Shown: positions 50,401-60,200 of the stretch, piece after piece | Numbering within the stretch: the stretch's first letter is position 1 | Layout of the letters: every line of letters starts with the position of its first letter | Assembly: GCA_036867785.1 (NCBI GenBank) | Contig: CP145426.1 | Span: 496,001-560,000, forward strand | From: Plasmodiophora brassicae | Taxonomy: Eukaryota | Direction of reading: 5' to 3' | DNA length: 64,000 nt | Notes under the pieces: generated by a model | The model's database searches: none | The model's input: only the letters and a program-made list of their open reading frames with translations | Told to the model about the DNA's origin: nothing | Translations under genes and position numbers: made by a program

Positions 50401-52385
50401 TCGCCGCCACCGTCGGTCTGGAACGTCCGGATACCACGTCCTTCCTGGTTGCGAAGACGCGCGTCATAGTGCTTGATGACGTCGAGCGCCTCCGATTTGC
50501 GACGTAGCAGATAGACGGACAGGTACCGAGAGGAATCGTCCAGCATGGTCTGGTAGTACTCAAAGCCGCCGACACCGACGACAGGCCACCGTCCGGACAG
50601 ATCGCTATGGACGAGATCGCCAACACGACGCGCGCGCGACGTACTGGGAGGGAATGATGACCGTTTGCCCTTGGCGAGTAAACATGCAGCGCATGGACAT
50701 CGATCTTGCGGCCTCGGGATTGGCCCGTCGAACTTCATGCCACGACAACGTTTGTGCAGGATGCGCAGGTTGCCGTAACCCAGGTGGCCGGTTCGAGCGT
50801 GCCAGACAGCTGGAGCTGCGGCGGTGACCTTAGCGACGCGGCATGAGACGCTGGATGCGATCAAGGAGCAGACTCGGGCAGAGTGAAGTGTGCCGGGCGC
50901 GGAGGTTGGAGCGGATAATGGAATCCGGTACAGGTTATCGTGTCCTCGTTGACTGACGGCCACTGGCTGACCGACGGGCGCCGTCCAGTTGGCCCCCGAG
51001 TAGATCTTCGCGGTATCGCCGTCGAACACGATCTTGTGACCTGATCTGGTGAGCTGGCCAACTGATACTAGCGCTTGGCCAAGTCGGGGAACGTGCAGCG
51101 AATCGATACTCGTCGCCTGGACATCCATGCCGAATGACGTCACGCCTCGACCGGAAGTGGTCGTACGCGACAGATCGGCTAGCTCAACTTCCGGTCCGGT
51201 GCCTTGGCGATAGCAGCTGAGATGTCGGCGCAGGGGCGTCATCGTCGTGGAACACGCTGAGTCCAGTAGGCCTACTGAGTTCGCGTACACGTCGATGGCG
51301 TGGCGTGCCGACAAAGCACGCATCGGCTCGGGCGCCGGATCGATCGGATGAGCGCCAGACGTTGGATACTCGTTGGACGTTGGTGAGGATGTATTGCTTT
51401 TCGCGTTGCTGTCGCGGTACCAGATGTGTCGTTGCAGCGTGCATTCGCCGTTAGTGTGCTTGGATCCGGGATGGAAGACGCAGGACTCGTTGCGTCGTGG
51501 TCCACGGGGACGCGTCGATGTGGCGCAACTGGAGCGGTTGGCCGTTTGGAACGCGTCGTGTCGGTCCCGCACGTCTTGGACCCTGATCTCCTCGCTTGTC
51601 AACGACCCGACGACCTCGGAGACACTGGGCAGCGTGTCCAGAGCACGATTGTGCAGGCCAGCGACGACGGCGTCGAGATCGGATGATGCGTTGGCCAAGA
51701 TGAGGACGGCGACCAATGCGTCGGTGAGGGACAGCATCTCGGTCGGTACCGTCGACCGGACGCGATGAGCCGCTGCTTGAACTCGGGCGGCGTACGTGGC
51801 GACCGACTCGCCGGGCATGTGCTGGACCGTGACGAGGTCGCGGACGGCGCGCACGACCGATGCCAGCGACGACGGGCTGTACGCCTGGAACAGCACGCGC
51901 CAGCACTTGGCAGCCGAGCCTGCCTGAAACAAAGACAATGCGGACGCGATCTTGTGGTCCAGCATGTGGACGAGTAGAATCTCGCGCGCGGCTGCCTCGA
52001 GAGCTGGGTCGTGTGCCGTACCGGTTGTCGCAGTCGGCGAGCCATCTTCGTTGATCCCGATGACGTCCGCGTACCCACGATTGCGAAACCAGAGTGCAGC
52101 TGTCTGAACCCAGGACGTGAACGAGTCGGGAGTACCGTCGAACTTGGGCATGGGCAGTCGGCCTGCGTCGCTTCGGCTGTGCGCCTCGGCGATGATCGGC
52201 ATGGCCGGGGTCGATGGACAGCTGGTCGGACGCGCCAGCTGCTGCTGCAGGACACGGAGACGGTCGATCTTCTCCTGCCTGGCGATCGTTGCCTCCGCTT
52301 CGGCAATTCGGGTGTCGATCTCCTCGAGCGACAGATGACGCAGCGGGTCGTCATCCGTGTTAGGCGTCGCCTGGCGCTCGGCCAT
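47430..52385 (-). CDS. Copia gag-pol polyprotein, 1651 aa
   Basis: Gag knuckle CVFHPGSKHTNGEC, protease LLDSACS, WHARTGH..CAAC, integrase VHSDL/TDGGGEY/QNGRAE, RT ARLCAQGF..KALYGTKQ..VHTDD, RNase H YADADWA..ADYLTK. The IN-before-RT order defines Copia. Confidence 0.96.
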   Translation of the reverse strand: MAERQATPNTDDDPLRHLSLEEIDTRIAEAEATIARQEKIDRLRVLQQQLARPTSCPSTPAMPIIAEAHSRSDAGRLPMPKFDGTPDSFTSWVQTAALWFRNRGYADVIGINEDGSPTATTGTAHDPALEAAAREILLVHMLDHKIASALSLFQAGSAAKCWRVLFQAYSPSSLASVVRAVRDLVTVQHMPGESVATYAARVQAAAHRVRSTVPTEMLSLTDALVAVLILANASSDLDAVVAGLHNRALDTLPSVSEVVGSLTSEEIRVQDVRDRHDAFQTANRSSCATSTRPRGPRRNESCVFHPGSKHTNGECTLQRHIWYRDSNAKSNTSSPTSNEYPTSGAHPIDPAPEPMRALSARHAIDVYANSVGLLDSACSTTMTPLRRHLSCYRQGTGPEVELADLSRTTTSGRGVTSFGMDVQATSIDSLHVPRLGQALVSVGQLTRSGHKIVFDGDTAKIYSGANWTAPVGQPVAVSQRGHDNLYRIPLSAPTSAPGTLHSARVCSLIASSVSCRVAKVTAAAPAVWHARTGHLGYGNLRILHKRCRGMKFDGPIPRPQDRCPCAACLLAKGKRSSFPPSTSRARRVGDLVHSDLSGRWPVVGVGGFEYYQTMLDDSSRYLSVYLLRRKSEALDVIKHYDARLRNQEGRGIRTFQTDGGGEYNSKACVLFYNESGILHRKSVPYTPEQNGRAESVNHTLCGIESSIRCHSRMPDSTWPWSLSYSAILYNIHPRSVLPGRRTSFEAARRALPNISALRVYGCDAYAMRPHPATKKPSKLEPRRVRAVFIGFTPGMKAWRFYDVDREDTFESTTAEFLETSFTFGFGRSSPASSSSAPPSSPESSSAPNVDTIVPTPVSSDAVMAPLPSTSASSLAASPPEPPSPAAASSPSEIVRPSRSPSPDDVSTDEDDDDAEDDPDYEGSASSNDSPNEAADPDVHDNSDAADIVDHNVIDVPRPRRSNRRRQPPGEWWKAPEAANRSSTRWSSTVDAWFQNPTLTFPTQRPPRRSRRLIRHWQQVEERRLIDQAIRSNRPTCRGAAAKACRAKVSAPIDPARLPRPDLSKLKATDIPVPNSMADALSSPFAGHWWDAAVTQMATLDAKDTFGPLIDLPKSKIAVGAKWVFRVKSSLSGNGGIRKFTARLCAQGFRQRPGIDFDDTFAPTARATAFLVILALAAQHGLHLRQVDWVAAYLNADMLHDVYIRQPDGFTDHHVPYRVRQLQKALYGTKQGAERWYKTLREMLLSLGFESIIADPCVFRYDRDGKFMIMSVHTDDGLLAYNDVPFAESVLEKLSTMAEITDQGEPSTLLGMRIRREPGTGAITLDQAEYIEKVLSDFNMSHCHPVDTPHQPGVHLSTTMSPQSDLDRDEMATKPYLKLIGCLTWLAHRCRPDIAYITNVLAQFSSNPGIQHWRAGQRVLKYLAGTMTHGIRYERQPEDRLIAYADADWASDPDTRRSRSGHIILLAGGPVHWQSRRQDLGAVKVSLSSTHAEIKSLCAVTRQLAWIRSFLTEIGFARSSPTIVYEDNQGAKAWSGYRRMDDRTKDIEVQFHYTREAVEASLIVVHKCPSAEMAADYLTKPALSTSYHANLLLAGIIDTSPRPCAAGGGVSNNVSTTTSSTCLQHVNAVTHSATPCPPALATVTPSATTSPL

Positions 52386-52416
52386 GGCGAGTAGAGGCTC
52401 AGCGCCTGCGCCTATA

Positions 52417-52428
52417 CGACTGTTAATC
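52417..52428 (-). promoter_or_regulatory. Putative primer-binding site GATTAACAGTCG, complementary to the tRNA-Asn(GUU) anticodon arm
   Basis: Abuts the 5' LTR; the plus strand reads CGACT-GTT-AATC, a tRNA-Asn anticodon stem-loop sequence. Confidence 0.7.
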
Positions 52429-54002
52429 TGAGAAGGACAATAATGAAGTGGATGTATTACGTACGGCGTGTGCGGCGGACGTTACAGTGGCGACGTAGTC
52501 GCCGACGGTGTAACGGTTGCCAACGCCGGCGGGCACGGAGTCGCGGAGTGCGTGACGGCGTTCACGTGCTGCAGGCATGTGCTGCTGGTCGTAGTGGATA
52601 CGTTGTTCGACACACGCGAGGTCGGCTGTGCTCAGTCAACGGTCTCCCGTCATTTGAACGGGGTATCGCAAGCCCGCGACGGTGCTGCTCGAGGCCGACC
52701 GCGGAAGCTGTCGGATGAGATGTTGAATGCTGCAGCGCGATTCATGTTTCTGCTCCCTGGTGCGACACTGACACTTGCAGCCGCGTTTCTCCAGTTGTCC
52801 TACCATGTCGTCGTGTCCCGGAAGACTCTTGGTATACACTTGCGGCGTAGGGCAGGGTTCCGCCTTGGTGACTTCAAAACCTTCCACGTACAACGCAATG
52901 CGCCAGAAACAATCGACAATCGGTTCAGATACATTGCCCGTCTGGAGTCGGAAGAATATCGCCGGAAGTTCGGCCCGAACCCGCTCTATGACGCGATCTA
53001 CTACGATGAGATGCCACTGGCTCGGATTGCCAACCGAAAAATCTGGTCCGTTCGCGGTTGGATTCCGTCTCTGGTTGAAGAATCGGTCAGAGGACGCCAC
53101 GTTTCGCTTCTGCTTGCTGTGAGCCCAGCAGTTGGGGTTGTATGGTACGAAGTTCTCGATAAGACAATTGATGGTGACGCGTTCCTCGCTTTTTGCAACA
53201 ACTTGGTCAAATCGTATGTGAATACTTCCAGGAATAGTCGCCCACGGCTGTTCATTTCGGATAATGCTCGATTTCACCATGCTCGCTCGGTGGAGGCCTT
53301 TTTCGGACGCGACGAGGTCGCTCGCCACCTTGTCCTTGAGTTCCTTCCGCCATATTCGCCCTTTCTCGATCCCTGTGAAGAACTGTTCGCGCTTATTAAG
53401 ATCCGTATATGGCTCAATTGGATTGCCGGTTCCTCGGACGAGCGGTCACTTGCAAGCAGCAAGCAAGCACTAGTAGAAGAAGTTCGGCAAATAACAACAG
53501 ACGATATCCGTCAGACGTACGACCACATGAGGGAATTCCTATCGTATTGCAAGGACCGGCGACCTGTCTTCACCAAAAAGTTGTACGACTGTGCACACCA
53601 TGGAGACGAGGAGCGGATGTGTCCGACGGGATCTTTGGAAGTGGATGATTTACTGAACAGTTACCTGCCCCAGTTTTATGAGGAGTTTACACCGAGCCGT
53701 TGTCAGCATCTTCGTGATATGTTTGGTTGTTCACGACTGACTAAAGACATCGTCGAGCGGTTCTACGACGCACAGGTGCGTTCTCCGGGAGGCGGCGGCG
53801 CCCATGGCACTGTTCGCTGAGCCGCCGCCACGCGCACGCACCTAACGCTCCAGCAATCGGTTCCAGAGAGACAAAATACATGCACCACGATCCATTATTT
53901 TTGTGCTCGTCATCCTTCAATTTGTTCCCCGTCATGCAAAAATTATGTCCCCGCCATGCAAAAGTTTCGTCCCCGTCATGCAAATTCATCTTCCCGTGGT
54001 GG

Positions 54003-56469
54003 TATATTTTAATTGGGAAGTTGTATTTTAGCAGCGACCTGACTACTTTGCTTCTTTGTTTTATGCTGGCCGCTACACCATTAAGGTCGATCATCATCAT
54101 ACCATGTCTGTTTTCCTCATTAGCCCTTAGTGTGATTCCTAGGTATTTGACCTCTGGTGCTGTCCTTATACTGGTTTTGTTTGTTTTAAGAGCGTCGTCC
54201 GGGTTGTACTCGTTGAATAATATTACCGTCTTGTCCCAGTTGATTTTAATATGGTTGGCATCGCACCACTTCATTAGTGCCGCGTTCTTTTTGTGTAGAG
54301 TGCGTTTCACTTGTTTCTTCGTTCTCCCAGTGGCCCAAGAGGCGATGTCATCTACATATATGTTGCTAGAGTCTTCGTCAAGTGGTGCATCGTAGACTTA
54401 AATTGCCCAGAGTAGGACACTGAGGCTGGATCCTTGCGGAATGCCACTGGTTTGAGGGTGTTGTTTGGAGGTGGATCCTCGGTGTGATAACTCGAACTTT
54501 CTGTTTTTGAGCCATTCATCGATTATGAGGATGAGGTATGGGTCAATTTGCATCTTACGCATTTTCGATATTAGTTTTATATGCTGCACCCTGTCGAAGG
54601 CTTTTGCGAAGTCGTAGAATATTGTTGCGAACTGCTGATTTTTGGCTGCTGCGCATCCTGCATGGTGAAGTAGGCGCATTAATGCTTGCGCTGTGTTGTG
54701 GGCTTCCCTACCCCCCGTCTGATTTGTCGGGAGGTGCTGTTCAGCTTGGTGTCTAATTCGGGTTTCGATAATCGATTCAGTTATCTTGGCTAAGTTGGCC
54801 AGGAGGGCTATTGGGCGGTAGTCGCCTGGTTTTGACTTCGGGATGGGCCTGACTTTGGCGATTTTGAGGTCGTTTGGGAAATGTCCGTTTTTGATTATGT
54901 CGTTGTTGATGGCTGCCAGGAAATAGTTCGCTATGGCTTCGTCCTCGCACGCTCTCTTTATGAGTGCGTTGGTGACGCCGTCGTAGCCTCCGGCGGATCT
55001 CTTTTTGGCTCGTTTTAGGGCCTTGTCGAGTTCTCTTTGTGTGATCGGCTCTGGTGGTTGGATTTCGTTTTCTGCTTGCAACTTCATGATTAGTGATTGA
55101 TGCGTGATATATTCTTCTTCCGTCACTTTAAGGTCGTCAGCGTTATATATGCTTGCGAATGTTTTTGCGATTTCTTCTGTTTCTAATCCTGCTCTTTCCG
55201 TATTGGTTCTGAGGGGCTGGCGTTTGCTGTTCAGGTCGGGGTTGATTTGCTTAATGAGTTTCCAAGTAGCAGCGCCTGTGGAGTCTGCGATGGCCGTCTC
55301 TGCCAGGGCTGTGTATCTCTCGAGCTTTGCTTCTTTGTACTCTCTCAGTACCTCTTTGTTCGTGACTCGCACTGTTTCGCGCAGTTCTTCTATGTGTGGC
55401 TCCTGTTTCTTCTCTCGTTTGGCCTTACGGAGCTGTTCATTTGCCTGTTCTTTTTTGCAGCATGCTTCGGCGAGGGCTGGGGTCCAGAATCTATGAGTTT
55501 CTTTTGGTACTATTTTGTACGCTATACTTTCCATGATAATGCTGTTCAGTTTGCTTAGGTGGGCGTGGTCGGTACTTTCATTTTCCAGTGCTAATGATAT
55601 GTTTTCTACTGTCAGATTAATGTCTGTTGTTGTTTTGGTGTCGCTTCCGTCATAAGATCCTTCATTGGTGCCAACTGGGATTGATGTTTCTGTGATCGTG
55701 ATTATATGGTCGCTATCCATGGCCGGGCCTGTCTTCCAAGCAACGATGTCTTCTCGTGCGTCACTGTTGCACATGGTGATGTCTAGGACGCTGCCTTTTT
55801 CCTCGTTGGCTGGGTCGTATCTCGTGGGTAGTGCTATATTGTTTAGGACCTCGAACTCTGTTAGCAGCGAGTCTATCTCGTGTTTTCGGGCCGTCACTGT
55901 GGGATCAAATCGACGGTCACGCGTATTAAGGTCGCCTGTGATTATTGTAGGTCTGTTCTCTTTTGCGACTAGGCGTTCAATTTCTGCCCAGTATGCCTTT
56001 CGCGTTCGCCGCTTTACGTCCGGGGCGATGTATGGGTGAATGAGTAGTGTTACGTTGTTGATTATTGCAACCTGAGTAGCTATTCTTTTGTTTTCAAAAC
56101 GAGCAAGCGGTCGAGTTGTTCCTTAGGAAACTCTTTGACGTCCATGTTCTTTGTCCAGAAAATTCCCGACTGCGTATTCAGATCAGTGTGCATGTGGTTG
56201 GGGAAATGTGCTATCTGCCTCCTGTGTCCCAGTTCCGAGATGCATAGTATGTGGATATTGTTCTGTTTTGCATATTCAGACAGTCGCTCTGCTTTGAGTT
56301 CGGTTAGTGTTCGGGCGTTCCATTGCCCAATGTTTAGCGTAGCAATTTCCTCGTCCTCCGGGTTTGGAGCCTGTCGCGGGTCTGTGAAGACGATAACGAA
56401 GTGATTTATTCCGACCGACATCGGCGCGAGACGGCGGCGACGTAACGCTGTGTAACAGGGGCTTGCCAA
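54003..56469 (-). pseudogene. LINE ORF2, 5' part: AP endonuclease + reverse transcriptase
   Basis: LNIGQWNARTL, ILCISE, ITGDLN, LDITM, DSDH; RT AGGYDGV, YRPIALL, FYDFAKAFDRV, GIPQGSSLS, YVDD. Frameshift near 56100 and in-frame TAA at 54398-54400. Confidence 0.9.
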
Positions 56470-56924
56470 GCCGCTACCGACAACGGCGCCAGTGGCGGAG
56501 CCTCTGCCGTGGACGTTACGCAGTCGCGCACAGTCACGGTGTCACCGTTTGCCGGTGGTACGACATGGTCCTTGACACTATCGTTGTGATGTAGTCTAAT
56601 ATTGATGTTTGCCTGGATGTCGACGTGTTGCTAGGTCCGTTGCCTGGCGGGGGGATTCTATATATTGCGTCTCGCGCTTCTTCGAGCCTCTTGTTGTAGG
56701 CTGTGTCGAGTGACATATTTTTCGAGTTGGTCTCCATCTCGTGGCTGTATCCAGGGTCTGCGTATGATGATTCGTGTCTGTTGCCTTCCCTAGAGGTGTC
56801 CTTCGAACCTCTCCTAGGTCGTCTGTTCTGTGGCGGTATGTCTGTGGGCGTCACCGAGCACCCGGTTGGATTGCGTTTATGTGTCAGGTTGTGTCTAGCC
56901 TCGTGTCGGTATCGTTCATTGGTG

Positions 56925-58657
56925 TCATAGCGGACATTGCTCGTAGAAGTGGCCCTCCTTTCGGCAAGTGACGCAATGCTTCCGACGTGTCGCTTTGTTC
57001 TCCTCGTCCAGCGGGCATTTTGATGTGCTATGGGCTTCGTTGCAGCCGTATCCGCACCTGAGGTTGTCGCACATTTCCTCCATGCAGGCAGGGTCTTTGC
57101 ATATTCGGCATACCAAAGTGTCGGTCTTACGCCCTCTCGGTAGGGGTTCTGCGTTCCATGTCCGCTGTCCCATCTCGATGGTCGCCCTGGCAGCGATAGT
57201 GCTGGCGTCCGCATTGGTCGCGAAAGTGGCAATCGCATTGTTCCCATTCTTCGTCGGTGTGAGTTTTGTCGGGCGCGGGGGCTTCGCCAGGAACAGCACG
57301 TCCCTGAAGAGGTGCGGCAGTAGTCTGTAGACAATGAGCTGCCTTGAGCGATCATTTGTTTCATCTTTGGGTGGACGAATCTCGTGTTCCATTGCGATGG
57401 CAGCTTCTTCGAGTTTTTTGTATGTGCCTGTTTAGCATTCCTTAGGGGGGCATATGTAATCGGTCCTGGCCGTGTACCTTGTGGTAGGTTTCCAAGATAT
57501 ATGTCTCCATTGTCACGGGGCGCTACATGCTGGATATCAATACGTTCGGCAGCGGTTTGGTCATGCAGTCGTATTGCTCCGAGTAGGTCAAAGCAGGACA
57601 TCGGGCGTGGGGGGGTCCATATCGCCGCCTCATATGTCTCCTTGTTCTTTGGTGCATAGGTGCATCCACGGGTTCTGTTTGCGCGGATCAGATCTCCAAA
57701 CGTTGTACCAGCTTTCCGGGGTGGGGCTCCCCGCCTGGGGGGTCCTCTGGGTGTTGTCTTCGGGTGCGTGTTCGCATGTCTGTCATCTGTACGTTGTCGC
57801 TTTCGGTTCATGACTGATGTGACTCTGGGGTTGGCGGGTCCGTACGGAGTCCGTGCGTGTTTAGTTTGAATATTAGGGCGTTCTCCTATTGCTGGTGGCC
57901 TATTTTTACATTCGGTTGGCGTTTTGTGTCGTTTTGTTTTGATACGGGGGTTGTCGAGTCCGTACGGAGTCCGTGTGTGTTTGGTCGGGTTATTAGGGCG
58001 ATCTCCTATTGCTTCGGTTGCCGTTTTGTGACGTCCTATCATGATGTCCGTTGTACTATGTTCATTTCCTGAGGAGTGTGGGTGAATCTCAATATTGCCT
58101 GCTTCAGGTACTGTGAGACTTTCTGCTACATGGGCGCAGTACTTCGTTCTGTACAGTGTCTTCGTTGCGAGCGTCACGTTGTTATTGTTGCACATTGTTC
58201 GTGCTATTAGTGGCTCGTGGCCAATATTTGTGGGTGTACCTGTAGCTGCTGGGTTTGTGTAGGGCGCTGAGGTTAGATGTGGTATGGAGACTCGAGTGGG
58301 CAAATCGGGAGGTCGAGGTTGTTTGTTGTGTTCGTTCACAGTGTACCGCTCGTGCGGTTGGGTAATGCACCGCTCGTGCGGTTGGGTAAGGTACCGTTCG
58401 TTCGGTTGGGTAAGACACCGCTCGTGCGGTTGGGTAGGGCTCCGCTCGTGCGGTATGTGCAGGTGTGTGTCCTGCATGGAATGGGTTCGCCGTTTGTTGC
58501 TAGCGGCAATGTAGCCCTCCTGCTGATCGCAGGTCGCTAGAGGGGCCAGAGCCGCCCGATCAGTGCGGTCTTCTGGGCGGCTGTCTGGGGCGCTGTACGC
58601 GTCGCCCACATGGGTCCCTCTCCCACTCAGGTTCTTGAACTTGACGACGACCTCCAT
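56925..58657 (-). pseudogene. LINE ORF1 (gag-like, Cys/His knuckles), frameshifted
   Basis: Frame change near 57420-57426 (AKQA+ca+YKKLEEAAIAMEHEIRPP); ends in CGYGCNEAHSTSKC..CVTCRKEGHFYEQC. Confidence 0.7.
58346..58453 (-). repeat. 24-bp tandem repeat encoding (TQPHERxx)n in the LINE 5' region
   Basis: ccgctcgtgcggttgggtaa recurs about 4.5 times. Confidence 0.85.
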
Positions 58658-59652
58658 CTCACGGCATTTTCGCGGACTGGCGACGAGGCAGACGACTCAT
58701 GCTACTTTGTGGAGATCAACTCTTTGAGGGGGCGCTGCCCCAGTGACCTAGCTGGCCAGCAGTACTAGCAGGTCAGCAAGCAGTCGTGGGACCGCAAGGT
58801 CCCCAGTTCGAGGCACGATCTCCCCTGTAGTCAGTCTCGAGCCAATATCCCAATGAGTTTATCATCCATCCCATCCACGGCGTCGGCCATGCCATCACAG
58901 TGGAGCTAAATCCGTGCAGGCCCCCTTTCCTCAGGACAGCAGGACCGCCTCCTCAGGACAGCAGCATCTTGAGGTCGGGCACGAGATGCTAAATATAGAG
59001 CCCCGCTCTACACCCCCAAAAAGTCCCGGTGCACAACAGCCGAAAATGTTGAAGGGGTGTGTACTGATCAGGCAGCCCGAAGTGTCAGAGCAATTGGGGC
59101 TGCTTGAAACTGTACATTTGGAAGTACATTACATGAATTGGTTGATTTCGAGATAGTTTATTAATTAGTCAGATACCTCTCATTGGGAAACCGGTAGTTG
59201 TTAATTCCGCATACGCCCTTCAAAGTAACTCCAACAACATTCAATTCATGGCGTCGCGTGCTGCCCATGTGCTTGAAATGTGCCAATTCCTGACTGAAGT
59301 GATGAAAAGTGCATGTTGTGGCACTTCCGCACATATGTGAGCCGAAGTGACGAAAAGTGCGCTTTAACCCAGGAATGTGTGGCATTCGACACGCATTCGT
59401 GACGCATTTTGATACACATCGATACATGACATGAACTTGTCCAGAAGTGTACACTAGTGTACACTTTCTGGCCACACGAGTACGCGCTACCTGGCGGCTT
59501 CATTGTACCAATTGCAGACACTACGCGAGCAGATGGTCGACGATAACTTCGTTCCGGTGATGCGATCTGTGAGGTCGTTGCCACAATAGTATATTACGCT
59601 GAGTTAAACAGTTCGAAATATAACTGTACACAAATGCGTTTGTGTTCACTTT

Positions 59653-59975
59653 CAAGCAGCCCCATTAGGGGTCTCGCTTGAGCGTCTGGGAGGTAAAGGA
59701 ACGGCCCGTAACAAGTGTATGTCGGCTCCCCGGCATAGGCGGTATGGCGAAAGAGGTCCGATAAGAGTGCAGTCGACAAGTCCGAACGAATCACGTCCCG
59801 TTTCGATATCGACCAAGGCGCGATGAACCCAGTACAAAGGTGATGGGCCAGCACTGCCAGGCCGGGGGATGTTGGCGTTCTGCTGCTGAACCTTCGATTC
59901 TCGGACTCGAGACCGAGGTGCCTACGTGAAAAAGTGCGAAAAACAAATAAAACTCAACTCAACTCAACTCAACTC
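59653..59975 (+). mobile_element. Short non-LTR retroelement copy with (AACTC)n tail
   Basis: Near-identical to 63728-64000 and homologous to 8884-9126; ends in aaataaaactcaactcaactcaactcaactc. Confidence 0.82.
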
Positions 59976-60200
59976 TTTGAGGCAATTCCGACCGATCCTG
60001 AAGTTCGTGTCACGAGGCTGCTCTTTTCGAATGACATCGTTACTGTTCACTGACATGAAGAACGAAACCGGTCTAACATACTCCCTCCGTTTCACAAAAC
60101 GCAACCGTACAGGTACATTGAAGATGCATGGCCATCTGAAATGTACCTGCAATGCAACTGGTCAGGTGACGTTCCCGATACACCGGCGTCATAGAATGTA

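Larger units (their letters stand above)
47377..52612 (-). mobile_element. Intact Ty1/Copia LTR retrotransposon (5236 bp)
   Basis: Apparently identical 184-bp TG...CA LTRs (47377-47560, 52429-52612); TSD CACGC (47372-47376, 52613-52617); PPT ggagggggcg (47561-47570). Confidence 0.96.
46885..53820 (+). pseudogene. DD38E transposase split by Copia (46885-47376 + 52618-53820); a short upstream exon from ATG ~46703 is possible
   Basis: The rejoined HTH reads SQVEIAR|EVGCAQSTVSRH; catalytic YYDE, ISDNA, PYSPFLDPCE; paralogous to 60287-62200. Confidence 0.88.
46551..54002 (+). mobile_element. IS630/Tc1-type DD38E DNA transposon (2211 bp net) inserted in LINE ORF2 and interrupted by Copia
   Basis: ~92-bp TIRs ccaccacgggaagatgaatttgcatgacgggg...; TA TSD (46549-46550, 54003-54004). 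Removing it restores the LINE frame FPIKIY|HQICKG. Confidence 0.93.
42373..58680 (-). mobile_element. Full-length non-LTR retrotransposon (APE-RT-RNase H-CCHC; I/Tad1-like group by architecture), ~6.9 kb net of two nested insertions
   Basis: 11-bp TSD CGACGAGGCAG at 42362-42372 and 58681-58691; 3' AATAAA followed by (CTAAA)n tail at 42373-42397; ORF1 and ORF2 listed separately. Confidence 0.92.

Noticed and set aside
52468-52612. N-terminus of the 450-aa ORF 52468-53820
   Set aside because: It is Copia LTR sequence; the real transposase N-terminus lies before 47377.
58480-58680. HDV-like ribozyme at the LINE 5' end (ggcgaacccat resembles J4/2-P2)
   Set aside because: I could not build a consistent P1/P3/L3 nested pseudoknot by eye; an RNAMotif or Infernal search would be needed.
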